DNA from: Macrostomum lignano
Lineage: Eukaryota
Assembly: GCA_002269645.1 (NCBI GenBank)
Contig: NIVC01002326.1
Location: 1 to 64,000 of the forward strand
Direction of reading: 5' to 3'
DNA: 64,000 nucleotides
Below are positions 41,801 through 52,364 of this stretch, piece by piece. Every line of letters begins with the position of its first letter. Within the stretch, counting starts at the first letter, position 1. The translations under genes and the position numbers were made by a program. The notes below the pieces were generated by a model, which made no database searches, had not been told where the DNA came from, and was given only the letters and a program-made list of their open reading frames with translations.

Positions 41801-42818
41801 ATCCCCTGATGCTTCATTGGGTCTCCCTGATCCCCTGATGCTTCATTGGGTCTCCCTGATCCCCTGATGCTTCATTGGGTCTCCCTGATCCCCTGATGCT
41901 TCATTGGGTCTCCCTGATCCCCTGATGCTTCATTGGGTCTCCCTGATCCCCTGATGCTTCATTGGGTCTCCCTGATCCCCTGATGCTTCATTGGGTCTCC
42001 CTGATCCCCTGATGCTTCATTGGGTCTCCCTGATCCCCTGATGCTTCATTGGGTCTCCCTGATCCCCTGATGCTTCATTGGGTCTCCCTGATCCCCTGAT
42101 GCTTCATTGGCTGTCCCTGATCCCCTGATGCTTCATTAGGTCTCCCTGATCCCCTGATGCTTCATTGGGTCTCCCTGATCCCCTGATGCTTCATTGGGTC
42201 TCCCTGATCCCCTGATGCTTCATTGGGTCTCCCTGATCCCCTGATGCTTCATTGGGTCTCCCTGATTTCCTGATGCTTCATTGGGTGTCCCTGATCCCCT
42301 GATGCTTCAGCGGGTCTCCCTGATCCCCTGATGCTTCATTGGGTCTCCCTGATCCCCTGATGCTTCATTGGGTCTCCCTGATCCCCTGATGTTTCATTGG
42401 GTCTCCCTGATCCCCTGATGCTTCATTGGGTCTCCCTGATCCCCTGATGCTTCATTGGGTCTCCCTGATTCCCTGATGCTTCATTGGGTCTCCCTGATGC
42501 TTCATTGGGTCCCCTGATCCCCTGATGCTTCATTGGGTCTCCCTGATTTCCTGATGCTTCATCGGGTCTCCCCTACATTTTTAGGGCCAGAACCCGACAG
42601 AAAGTGGGCTAAACGCTTATCCAGGTCTCTGCTATATCTTCAAGAATGCAGTAGTTCAACAAAGAAAAAACTCGGACACAGATCAAACTCACCTGAACCC
42701 GAGACCGGCCAGCGTGCGCATCGGCATAGACTGTCGGCAGGCTGCGGGCAGCCAAGCTGAGACCTCGCTGTACAACAAAATTAAAGGAATCCAAGTGCGG
42801 CCTGGACAGATCCTGCAT
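31738..42818 (-). CDS. POLR1B: DNA-directed RNA polymerase I subunit RPA2 (RPA135), about 1149 aa; exons 42693-42818, 41094-41516, 38898-39187, 37879-38101, 36794-37411, 35554-36077, 34522-34818, 32935-33463, 31738-32157
   Basis: Contains [31 protein letters not shown] (Pol I-specific), [34 protein letters not shown]|[50 protein letters not shown]|VRSTG, GEMERD and a C-terminal C4 zinc ribbon. The exons sum to 3450 nt in frame. Confidence 0.97.
32300..32790. repeat. Degenerate repeat of about 23-25 bp (AAAGGGGTCATTTAAGGACAC)
   Basis: Fills the GC-AG intron of POLR1B. Confidence 0.8.
33522..34515. repeat. 34-bp minisatellite (GAGTGACATTTCCCTGCATACATGAGCCGATAGG)n
   Basis: Period 34; POLR1B intron 7; source of the spurious long ORFs. 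Confidence 0.96.
34858..35500. repeat. 25-bp minisatellite (CCACTAATACAGTACAGCTGTGGTG)n
   Basis: Period 25; POLR1B intron 6. Confidence 0.96.
36143..36700. repeat. 27-bp minisatellite (CACGTGACTGAACTTGGCCTTGATAAT)n
   Basis: Period 27; POLR1B intron 5. Confidence 0.95.
37570..37830. repeat. 32-bp minisatellite (ATGAGATCTCACCATGAGATTACGACCCTAGA)n
   Basis: Period 32; POLR1B intron 4. Confidence 0.88.
38165..38880. repeat. (AACT)n microsatellite with AACG/AACA/AGCC variants
   Basis: Tetranucleotide array; POLR1B intron 3. Confidence 0.97.
39333..41030. repeat. 34-bp minisatellite (TGGGATCAATGAGGACATTGGATCATTCAGCTGA)n
   Basis: Period 34 with C/G variants; POLR1B intron 2. Confidence 0.96.
41545..42572. 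repeat. 29-bp minisatellite (CTGATGCTTCATTGGGTCTCCCTGATCCC)n
   Basis: Period 29; POLR1B intron 1. Confidence 0.96.
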
Positions 42819-42924
42819 TGTTTGCTTCTACTGCCGCCGGCGCTTTACGGTTGGAATGGAATTGTTGTGATGCTTGGTATTGGAAACTAGGAATTAGTAG
42901 CAATTATAGACATCCTATAAAATA

Positions 42925-43065
42925 TGAGCACTCATACACACGCTCACACAGGGTGTACAATGGCCCAGACACTCTAATGTGTTTGAATCGCACACACAAG
43001 CCTTCAAATTGGCCGCGCGAGGAATCGAACCAGGGGTCTTTGAAGCGAAACTTTGCTCTGCTTCT
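42925..43065 (-). mobile_element. SINE-like interspersed repeat (copy 1)
   Basis: B-box-like GGTTCGATTCC followed by TGTACACCCTGTGTGAGCGTGTGTATGAGTGC; the same roughly 40-nt body occurs at 57676-57720 in the opposite orientation. Confidence 0.5.
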
Positions 43066-43577
43066 TAATAATATACAACCTATACTACTGGCCTACCTAT
43101 TAAAATAAGTAGTATGCAACAACTATAGTACAAGCTGTCTAATTCACAAGAAAGAACAATGCAATAACAATAACAATAACAAATTTATCCAGCACAAAGT
43201 TTATACATGGTGAGCAAGCACCTTTGGCATACATGTTTGATTACTGTTTGAAAAAATATAGTTATACACATTTTGTTTTGACCGGAGGAAAAAGTAGTTG
43301 GAAAAATTTATTGGAAAATGTTAAGCTACACTTTTTTATATTTGCCATTGCAATTAGAAAACTTTATAAAGACAGAAATGCCAATTGGGTAGGAAAAAGT
43401 TTAATAGCTAATTTATAAAAAATACTTCTCAGCAATGAATTAGAAGTATATTGGAGGAAAAATATAACATTTATTTGGAAATACGGCACATGGTTTGTTA
43501 CTAAATAACAACTGCATCAAGACAACGGGGAAAGCATTGGCACTTATTAACTAGAGCTTTAGAATTAGCGATCCATG

Positions 43578-44232
43578 CTGGCTAGCAATCCACTCTATAC
43601 TAGCAATCCACTCTATGCTAGCAATCCACTCTATGCTAGCAATTTACTCTATGCTAGCAATCCACTCTATGCTAGCAATCCACTCTATGCTAGCAATTTA
43701 CTCTATGCTAGCAATCCACTCTATGCTAGCAATCCACACTATGCTAGCAATCCACTCTATGCTAGCAATTCACTCTATGTTTGCAAATACAATACTATAT
43801 ACTAGCAATCCACTCTATGTTAGCAATCCACTCTATGTTAGCAATCCACTCTATACTAGCAATCCACTCTATGTTAGCAATCCACACTATGTTAGCAATC
43901 CACTCTATGTTAGCAATCCACTCTATGTTAGCAATCCACTCTATGTTAGCAATCCACTCTATGTTAGCAAATACTATATACTAGCAATCCACTCTATGTT
44001 AGCAATCCACTCTATACTAGCAATCCACTCTATACTAGCAATCCACTCTATGCTAGCAATCCACTCTATACTAGCAATCCACTCTATGCTAGCAATTCAC
44101 TCTATGCTAGCAATCCACTCTATGCTAGCAATCCACTCTATGCTAGCAATCCACTCTATGCTAGCAATCCACTCTATACTAGCAATCCACTCTATACTAG
44201 CAATCCACTCTATACTAGCAATCCATTCTATC
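43578..44232. repeat. 18-bp minisatellite (CTAGCAATCCACTCTATG)n
   Basis: Period 18; intergenic between the MYND gene and POLR1B. Confidence 0.95.
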
Positions 44233-44338
44233 TGAGTGCTATCCGAGGCTAGCCGCTTGTAACTAATAAAACTGAACGGATAAGAAGCACATAGATTAAA
44301 AACGGAGCTGAAATGCAGTGCACGGCCAGGCCGCAGCG

Positions 44339-45560
44339 CTAAGCTACAAAGATGACGGGCGGATCCGTCGGATCAACTGGCAGCGCCAAAAAGTCGTCAA
44401 TTAGCATGTTGCGACGAATCGCCACGTCCACTACCCCGGCTAAGTCGGGCAGCGGCCGGCCGAGCAGCTTCTTATAGCCGGCCAGTAGCTCTTTAACATC
44501 TGTCAGCACCTCGTTGTTGCTGTCGATCAGGTACACTGGGATTGGAACCGTTTTATTTCGGCCGCCAGTTGGCCAGGTCTGCAGGAAGACGCTGCCCGGA
44601 AGGGCGCCCATGAAAAGTCTGGAGAGGGAGAGAGGGTTGGTCCAGCCAATCAGAATCTGGGGAATCCCAGGCCCGCCTGAAACCAGCCAATCAGAATCTG
44701 GGGAATCCTAGGCCCGCCTGAAATCAGCCAATCAGAATCTAGGGAATCCCATACCCGTCTGAAACCAGCCAATCAGAATCTAGGCAATCTCAGACCCGTC
44801 TGAAACAATCCAATCAGAATCTGGGAAATCTCATATCCGCCTGAAACCAGCCAATCAGAATCTGGGAAATCTCATATCCGCCTGAAACCAGCCAATCAGA
44901 ATCTGGGGAATCCCAGACCTGTCTGAAACCAGCCAATCGGAATTTGGTGAATCCCAGGCCCGTCTGAAACCAGCCAATCAGAATCTGGTGAATTCCAGGG
45001 CCGTCTGAAGCCAGCCAATCAGAATCTGGGGAATCCCAGCCGCGCCTAAAATCAGTAAATAAGAATCCAATCCAAACCACATACCTGCCAACAAACATGT
45101 TCGGTAGCGCGAAGGCGCTGCTGCCGCAGCAATCCAGCAGCTCTTCCCCGTGATCGTCGGCCACTACGTCGTCATCTTCGGAGCAATAGGCGGCGCCAAT
45201 CCGCTCGGAGAACTGGCAACGGGCGCGCAGCCGGGCCAGGGTCTGGCATTCTTGCTTGTGCATTGGCCAGTCTTTGCGCTGGCACTCTCTGCCGCAGTAC
45301 CAGCGGTTGGTGCAGGCGCCGCACCGACGACACGAGCCGGCGCCTTTGCCGCACTGTGAGCAGGCGCCTATCCTCGGGTCAATTAGCCGATCAATGAAGT
45401 CTTTATTGTTGTCCGCAACTTTTTTCACTTGAATCTTGGTTTTACTACTTCGATTAGCAGTGGCAGTCGTGCTAAAAGTTTCTTTGCTTTTGCCGACCTG
45501 GCAAACTCTGCCAGTGCTGCTGCTGTTGTTGCTTCGGTCTTTGAGGCTGGCTTTCTGCAT
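44339..45560 (-). CDS. MYND-type zinc finger protein, about 251 aa; exons 45085-45560 and 44339-44618
   Basis: CSQCGKGAGSCRRCGACTNRWYCGRECQRKDWPMHKQEC fits the MYND pattern. The GTATGT donor (45084) and ctctccAG acceptor (44619) are both phase 2, joining to RLFMGALPGSVF. Confidence 0.82.
44638..45050. repeat. About 41-42-bp minisatellite containing CAGCCAATCAGAATCT
   Basis: About 9-10 copies; MYND gene intron. Confidence 0.9.
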
Positions 45561-45659
45561 GGCTGCTTGCCTGCTTGCTGGGCATGCAGTAATATTCGTA
45601 GCAGTAGTAAATAGCGAATGTGCCAGAAATTCAAATACCAACACTAAAAATAGACTAGC

Positions 45660-47600
45660 AGTTAGGACTCAGGACACCAGTTGGGATTCAGGACACCAGT
45701 TGGGGTTCAGGACACCAGCTGGGATTCAGGACACCAGTTGGGATTCAGGACACCAGTTGGGATTCAGGACACCAGCTGGGATTCAGGACACCAGTTGGGA
45801 TTCAGGACACCAGCTGGGATTCAGGACACCAGTTGGGATTCAGGACTCCAGTTGGGATTCAGGACACCAGTTGGGACTCAAGACACTAGTTGGGATTCAG
45901 GACACCAGCTGGGATTCAGGACACCAGCTGGGATTCAGAACACCAGTTAGGACTCAGGAATCCAGTTGGGATTCAGGACACCAGTTGGGATTCAGGACAC
46001 CAGCTGGGATTCAGGACACCAGTTGGGATTCAGGACACCAGTTGGGATTCAGGACACCAGTTGGGATTCAGGACACCAGTTGGGATTCAGGACACCAGTT
46101 GGGATTCAGGACACCAGTTGGGATTCAGGACACCAGTTGGGACTCAAGACACTAGTTGGGATTCAGGACACCAGCTGGGATTCAGGACACCAGCTGGGAT
46201 TCAGAACACCAGTTAGGACTCAGGACACCAGTTGGGATTCAGGACACCAGTTGGGATTCAGGACACCAGTTGGGATTTAGGACACCAGTTGGGATTCAGG
46301 AAACCAGTTGGGATTCAGGACACCAGTTGGGATTCAGGACTCCAGTTGGGATTCAGGACACCAGCTGGGATTCAGGACACCAGTTGGGATTCAGGACACC
46401 AGTTGGGATTTAGGACACCAGTTGGGATTCAGGACACTAGTTGGGATTCAGGACACCAGTTGGGATTCAGGACACCAGTTGGAATTCAGGACACCAGTTG
46501 GGATTCAGGACACCAGTTGGGATTCAGGACACTAGTTGGGATTCAGGACACCAGTTGGGATTCAGGACACCAGTTGGGATTCAGGAAACCAGTTGGGATT
46601 CAGGACACCAGTTGGGATTCAGGACTCCAGTTGGGATTTAGGACACCAGTTGGGATTCAGGAAACCAGTTGGGATTCAGGACACCAGTTGGGATTCAGGA
46701 CACCAGTTGGGATTCAGGACACTAGTTGGGATTCAGGACACCAGCTGGGATTCAGGACACCAGTTGGGATTCAGGACACTAGTTGGGATTCAGGACACCA
46801 GTTGGGATTTAGGACACTAGTTGGGATTCAGGACACCAGTTGGGATTCAGGACACCAGTTGGGATTCAGGACACCAGTTGGGATTCAGGACACCAGTTGG
46901 GACTCAGGACACCAGCTGGGATTCAGGACACCAGTTGGGATTCAGGACACCAGTTGAGATTCAGGACACCAGTTGGGATTCAGGACACCAGTTGGGATTC
47001 AGGAAACCAGTTGGGATTCAGGACACCAGTTGGGATTCAGGACTCCAGTTGGGATTCAGGACACCAGCTGGGATTCAGGACACCAGTTGGGATTCAGGAC
47101 ACCAGTTGGGATTTAGGACACCAGTTGGGATTCAGGACACTAGTTGGGATTCAGGACACCAGTTGGGATTCAGGACACCAGTTGGGATTCAGGACACCAG
47201 TTGGGATTCAGGACACCAGTTGAGATTCAGGACACCAGTTGGGATTCAGGACACCAGTTGGGATTTAGGATACCAGTTGGGATTCAGGACACCAGTTGGG
47301 ATTCAGGACTCCAGTTGGGATTCAGGACACCAGCTGGGATTCAGGACACCAGTTGGGATTCAGGACACCAGTTGGGATTTAGGACACCAGTTGGGATTCA
47401 GGACACTAGTTGGGATTCAGGACACCAGTTGGGATTCAGGACACCAGTTGGAATTCAGGACACCAGTTGGGATTCAGGACACCAGTTGGGATTCAGGACA
47501 CTAGTTGGGATTCAGGACACCAGTTGGGATTCAGGACACCAGTTGAGATTCAGGACACCAGTTGGGATTCAGGACACCAGTTGGGATTCAGGACACCAGT
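45660..47600. repeat. 19-bp minisatellite (GGACACCAGTTGGGATTCA)n, about 100 copies
   Basis: Period 19; intergenic. Confidence 0.97.
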
Positions 47601-48214
47601 CAGACAGGTATTTGAGATCCGTGTAATCCAACACTAACTGAGCATAAGCATAAAAGCAGCTGAGGTCACACTCAAACAGCCAAATGAATAAGTCACAACA
47701 AGAATTGAATAGGTAGGAAAGTGAGCACGGGAAGAGACGGAATTTATTGATTTATTTATTGGAGTTGAAGTTGTGAGGGTAGTGGCGTCTAAGCTTTGGA
47801 AATAAAGGCACAGTTACGAGTACTTCGCGACCTGGACACAAACAGACAAAATCAATGCATAACTTACTCGTACGACAGTACAAAAGAGTTAAAAAAAGCT
47901 AGCACAATTTAAAACCACGTAAAACTAAGGAATGAGTCACAAAACTGTCCGACAAAATGCAGACATAAAAGAGAATGATAGAGAATTTTAACTCAGAAGA
48001 AAAAATATTTCGGATAAAAAAACTACGGTAAAAAGTACAACAAAAAGTCTAAAAAACTTGATTCAAAAAAGAAATAAGAAAAGGGTGGGCGTGTATCTGA
48101 ATTCGCAGTTGTCAGTCAGCTGGTAAAAAACATCAAGATCAGAGCTTCATCAATCAGTGAGCAGAAGTCAAAGCGTTAAGTTATCAATTACTGAGTCAGA
48201 AGAAAAATTTGAGG

Positions 48215-49310
48215 CTAAATCCAATCTAATTCCAGACTAAATCCAATCGAATTCCAGACTAAAGCCAATCTAATTCCAGACTAAAGCCAATCTAATTCCA
48301 GACTAAAGCCAATCTAATTCCAGACTAAAGCCAATCTAATTCCAGACTAAAGCCAATCTAATTCCAGACTAAAGCCAATCTAATTCCAGACTAAAGCCAA
48401 TCTAATTCCAGACTAAAGCCAATCTAATTCCAGACTAAAGCCAATCTAATTCCAGACTAAAGCCAATCTAATTCCAGACTAAATCCAATCTAATTCCAGA
48501 CTAAAGCCAATCTAATTCCAGACTAAAGCCAATCTAATTCCAGACTAAAGCCAATCTAATTCCAGACTAAAGCCAATCTAATTCCAGACTAAAGCCAATC
48601 TAATTCCAGACTAAAGCCAATCTAATTCCAGACTAAAGCCAATCTAATTCCAGACTAAAGCCAATCTAATTCCAGACTAAAGCCAATCTAATTCCAGACT
48701 AAAGCCAATCTAATTCCAGACTAAAGCCAATCTAATTCCAGACTAAAGCCAATCTAATTCCAGACTAAAGCCAATCTAATTCCAGACTAAAGCCAATCTA
48801 ATTCCAGACTAAAGCCAATCTAATTCCAGACTAAAGCCAATCTAATTCCAGACTAAAGCCAATCTAATTCCAGACTAAATCCAATCTAATTCCAGACTAA
48901 AGCCAATCTAATTCCAGACTAAAGCCAATCTAATTCCAGACTAAAGCCAATCTAATTCCAGACTAAAGCCAATCTAATTCCAGACTAAAGCCAATCTAAT
49001 TCCAGACTAAAGCCAATCTAATTCCAGACTAAAGCCAATCTAATTCCAGACTAAAGCCAATCTAATTCCAGACTAAAGCCAATCTAATTCCAGACTAAAG
49101 CCAATCTAATTCCAGACTAAAGCCAATCTAATTCCAGACTAAAGCCAATCTAATTCCAGACTAAAGCCAATCTAATTCCAGACTAAAGCCAATCTAATTC
49201 CAGACTAAAGCCAATCTAATTCCAGACTAAAGCCAATCTAATTCCAGACTAAAGCCAATCTAATTCCAGACTAAATCCAATCTAATTCCAGACTATTCCA
49301 GACTAATTCC
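48215..49310. repeat. 22-bp minisatellite (AAGCCAATCTAATTCCAGACTA)n
   Basis: Near-perfect period 22. Confidence 0.97.
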
Positions 49311-49927
49311 AGCCTATCTATTTGCAAAAGCAAAGCCTATCTATTTGCAAAAGCAAAGCCTATCTATTTGCAAAAGCAAAGCCTATCTATTTCCGAAAGC
49401 AAAGCCTATCTATTTCCAAAAGCAAAGCCTATCTATTTCCAAAAGCAAAGCCTATCTATTTCCAAAAGCAAAGCCTATCTATTTGCAAAAGCAAAGCCTA
49501 TCTATTTGCAAAAGCAAAGCCTATCTATTTGCAAAAGCAAAGCCTATCTATTTCCGAAAGCAAAGCCTATCTATTTCCAAAAGCAAAGCCTATCTATTTC
49601 CAAAAGCAAAGCCTATCTATTTCCAAAAGCAAAGCCTATCTATTTGCAAAAGCAAAGCCTATCTATTTGCAAAAGCAAAGCCTATCTATTTGCAAAAGCA
49701 AAGCCTATCTATTTCCAAAAGCAAAGCCTATCTATTTCCAAAAGCAAAGCCAATCTATTTGCAAAAGCAAAGCCTATCTATTTGCAAAAGCAAAGCCTAT
49801 CTATTTGCAAAAGCAAAGCCTATCTATTTCCAAAAGCAAAGCCTATCTATTTCCAAAAGCAAAGCCTATCTATTTGCAAAAGCAAAGCCTATCTATTTCC
49901 AAAAGCAAAGCCTATCTATTTGCAAAC
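49311..49927. repeat. 23-bp minisatellite (AAAGCAAAGCCTATCTATTT(G/C)CA)n
   Basis: Period 23; directly abuts the 22-bp array. Confidence 0.96.
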
Positions 49928-49981
49928 AAGATAGAGTATTTCGCATACAGTCACTGACAAACTAACATCCTAGCCAAGCAT

Positions 49982-51109
49982 TCAACGATCCTTCTTTTCA
50001 TTCTTGCCGGAATGATCGCCCTGAGCGCCGCAGGCCTCATCGGCGGACATCTCGGACTCGCTGCGAGTGTCCCGCTGCAGCTGGCCGTGAGTGACAGCCT
50101 GCCAGGCGATGCGCGAGATAAAATAGAACCAGACAACGTGCAGCACGAGCAGCACGCACAGGCACCCGTTGAAGGCCCAGTAGGCGCCGAACGGGCCCAG
50201 CTCGGCCCAGCTCTCCATCGAAGCGCTGCGAATCAGCCAGATAGGGAAGAGTAGCAGCCTAGTGACAAACCAGCCAATATAGAAGACAAAGAACACGCAG
50301 TCGCAGGCTGGTCTCTTATTAGCGTAGCCAAGGCACTTGGCCAGGTGAAGCGGCGGGTCAACCATGTCGTGCAGCAGCAGCACCAGAGCGCCGATGCGGA
50401 CGAAATTGACGCACCAGCTGAATGCCACCAGCCACACAGTAACCAGATGATGCACCAGCATCTCGGAGAAATCCTTGCGCTTAACGTCGTGAAATATGCT
50501 ATAAAGCGAGGCTAAATAGAAGCCTAACTGGCCGATGTAATAGCAGCGAACTGGCCAGGTCACGTGCAGATAGGGCCAGCCAAGCCAGCAGAGGCGGGTA
50601 TTCCAAAAATATGGCTGCTGCAGCAGCACAGCAGCGCCACAGGTCAGCGCAACGCAATAATAGACAATAAACCAGGCGCTCTCAACGAATTTACGCAGCG
50701 TAGACGATTTCTCGGAGTTGCGACGCTGACGAAACCAGCGTTCGACGCGGCGAACCGGCCAGTCGAGCTGGCTGGCTGCGGCCAGCATGGCCGAACTGTC
50801 CGGACGCCGTTTGGCTGAGCGGTAAAGAGCCTCCAGAGTGGCGTTGGCCGGCGGCGCAGGCGTTGCGCTGGCCGACCTGCCGGCCACACCGAGCCGGCGG
50901 CCGAGCGGCTCCAGCGCCGAGTGTTCGATAAAACGACGCGCCAGATGAATAACAGCCCCAAAAGCGACGGCGGCGCATAGGTGACGCGGACGGGGCGCGA
51001 ACCTAGGACCGTTGCTTGGAGATTCGAAATCGGTGTCGGCAAACAAATCGTTCCAAGTAACGTTGTCGGGGAACCAGAACCGCTCCGACCAGAGTAGATC
51101 AGCTAGCAT
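49982..51109 (-). CDS. CERS: Ceramide synthase (LASS/CERS family, Hox-like domain plus TLC domain), single exon, about 375 aa
   Basis: Contains WSERFWFPDNVTWNDL, the Hox-like segment VRRVERWFRQRRN..LRKFVESAW, the Lag1p motif RKDFSEMLVHHLVT..NFVRIGALVLLLHDMVD and a C-terminal DTRSESE. Likely start is ATG 51109. Confidence 0.95.
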   Translation of the reverse strand: MLADLLWSERFWFPDNVTWNDLFADTDFESPSNGPRFAPRPRHLCAAVAFGAVIHLARRFIEHSALEPLGRRLGVAGRSASATPAPPANATLEALYRSAKRRPDSSAMLAAASQLDWPVRRVERWFRQRRNSEKSSTLRKFVESAWFIVYYCVALTCGAAVLLQQPYFWNTRLCWLGWPYLHVTWPVRCYYIGQLGFYLASLYSIFHDVKRKDFSEMLVHHLVTVWLVAFSWCVNFVRIGALVLLLHDMVDPPLHLAKCLGYANKRPACDCVFFVFYIGWFVTRLLLFPIWLIRSASMESWAELGPFGAYWAFNGCLCVLLVLHVVWFYFISRIAWQAVTHGQLQRDTRSESEMSADEACGAQGDHSGKNEKKDR

Positions 51110-51134
51110 GGCTGTCTGCAACGGGTTTTTAACA

Positions 51135-51375
51135 TTTCGATACATATCGGCTGTATAGATGCGGCTATCCTTGAAAGACTATTTTCGATACATATCGGCT
51201 ATCCTGAAAGACTACTTTCGATACATATCGGCTATACACATGCGGCTATCCTGAAAGACTATTTTCGATAAATATCGGCTATACACGTGCGGCTATCCTG
51301 AAATATTATTTTCGATACATATCGGCTATACACGTGCGGCTATCCTGAAAGAGCATTTTCGATACATATCGGCTT
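51135..51375. repeat. About 48-bp repeat (TTTCGATACATATCGGCTATACACGTGCGGCTATCCTGAAAG...)
   Basis: About 5 copies immediately upstream of CERS. Confidence 0.85.
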
Positions 51376-52007
51376 CATTAACATCTACGCCTTTGAGGAA
51401 GAAACTGAAAAAAAGAACTAAAAACAAACCAGACTGTTCGAAAATGTTTAATTAACTATATTTCCTAACAAAAAAGATATCCTATCTATTTAACTTTAAA
51501 TCAATCAAAAGAAAGTTAGGGGATGGTGTATTAGCACACAGTTATTCTGATACTACTTCGTAATCGTATGACTGATTGATAAGATAAAAGTTAAGACAAA
51601 TCGACGAGAACTGCAACGACAAACTAAAAAAATGGTTAAATAAAGCTTAAACAGTCTGATTGAGCAGTTACTTAATGAATATAATCGAAGAATTTAAAAT
51701 TAAGAAAAAACTATTTAATATAACAACTTTTTTATTTAAAGATAAATAATTATGATAAAGCATGTTCCGCAAACCGGGGAAGAGAGTATTAACAACTCAT
51801 TTAATGGCTATTAATTTGATGGATAATATCCCTATTAATTTCGTCACAACTAGAGGCATAATATGGCTTTGTAATTAAAAATATATAAAAATCATTTACA
51901 AGATTACATGTAAGCTTCCAATTTCGACTTCTTTAATCAGAATAAGTTGCGTCTTAAAAATACATGACATTACTTGGACAGACAAATCAGACGTCATGAT
52001 TAAACAA

Positions 52008-52282
52008 GACAGACAAAGACACAGGCTTGACAGTAGACAGACAAAGAAACAGGCTTGACAGTAGACAGACAATGAAGACACAGGCTTGACAGTAGACAGA
52101 CAGTGAAGACACAGGCTTGACAGTAGACAGACAGTGAAGACACAGGCTTGACAGTAGACAGACAAAGACACAGGCTTGACAGTAGACAGACAAAGACACA
52201 GGCTTGACAGTAGACAGACAAAGACACAGGCTTGACAGTAGACAGACAAGGAAGACACAGGCTTGACAGTAGACAGACAGCA
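52008..52282. repeat. 28-30-bp minisatellite (GACAGACAAAGACACAGGCTTGACAGTA)n
   Basis: About 9 copies; intergenic. Confidence 0.9.
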
Positions 52283-52364
52283 CAGTACAACAAAAGTCTA
52301 ATCCAAAACTTAAGCCGCATATAAAAAATAGCTAAAAATCAGGATAAATTTATTAAACTCGATG

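Noticed and set aside
45436-47637. Many overlapping plus-strand ORFs (GFRTPVGIQDTSWDSGHQL repeats)
   Set aside because: The 19-bp minisatellite is open in several frames, and there is no non-repetitive domain or splice support.
50330-50370. CERS LHLAK in place of the usual LExAK as a sign of inactivation
   Set aside because: The essential HH and HDxxD residues are intact, and this position varies in fungal Lag1/Lac1.
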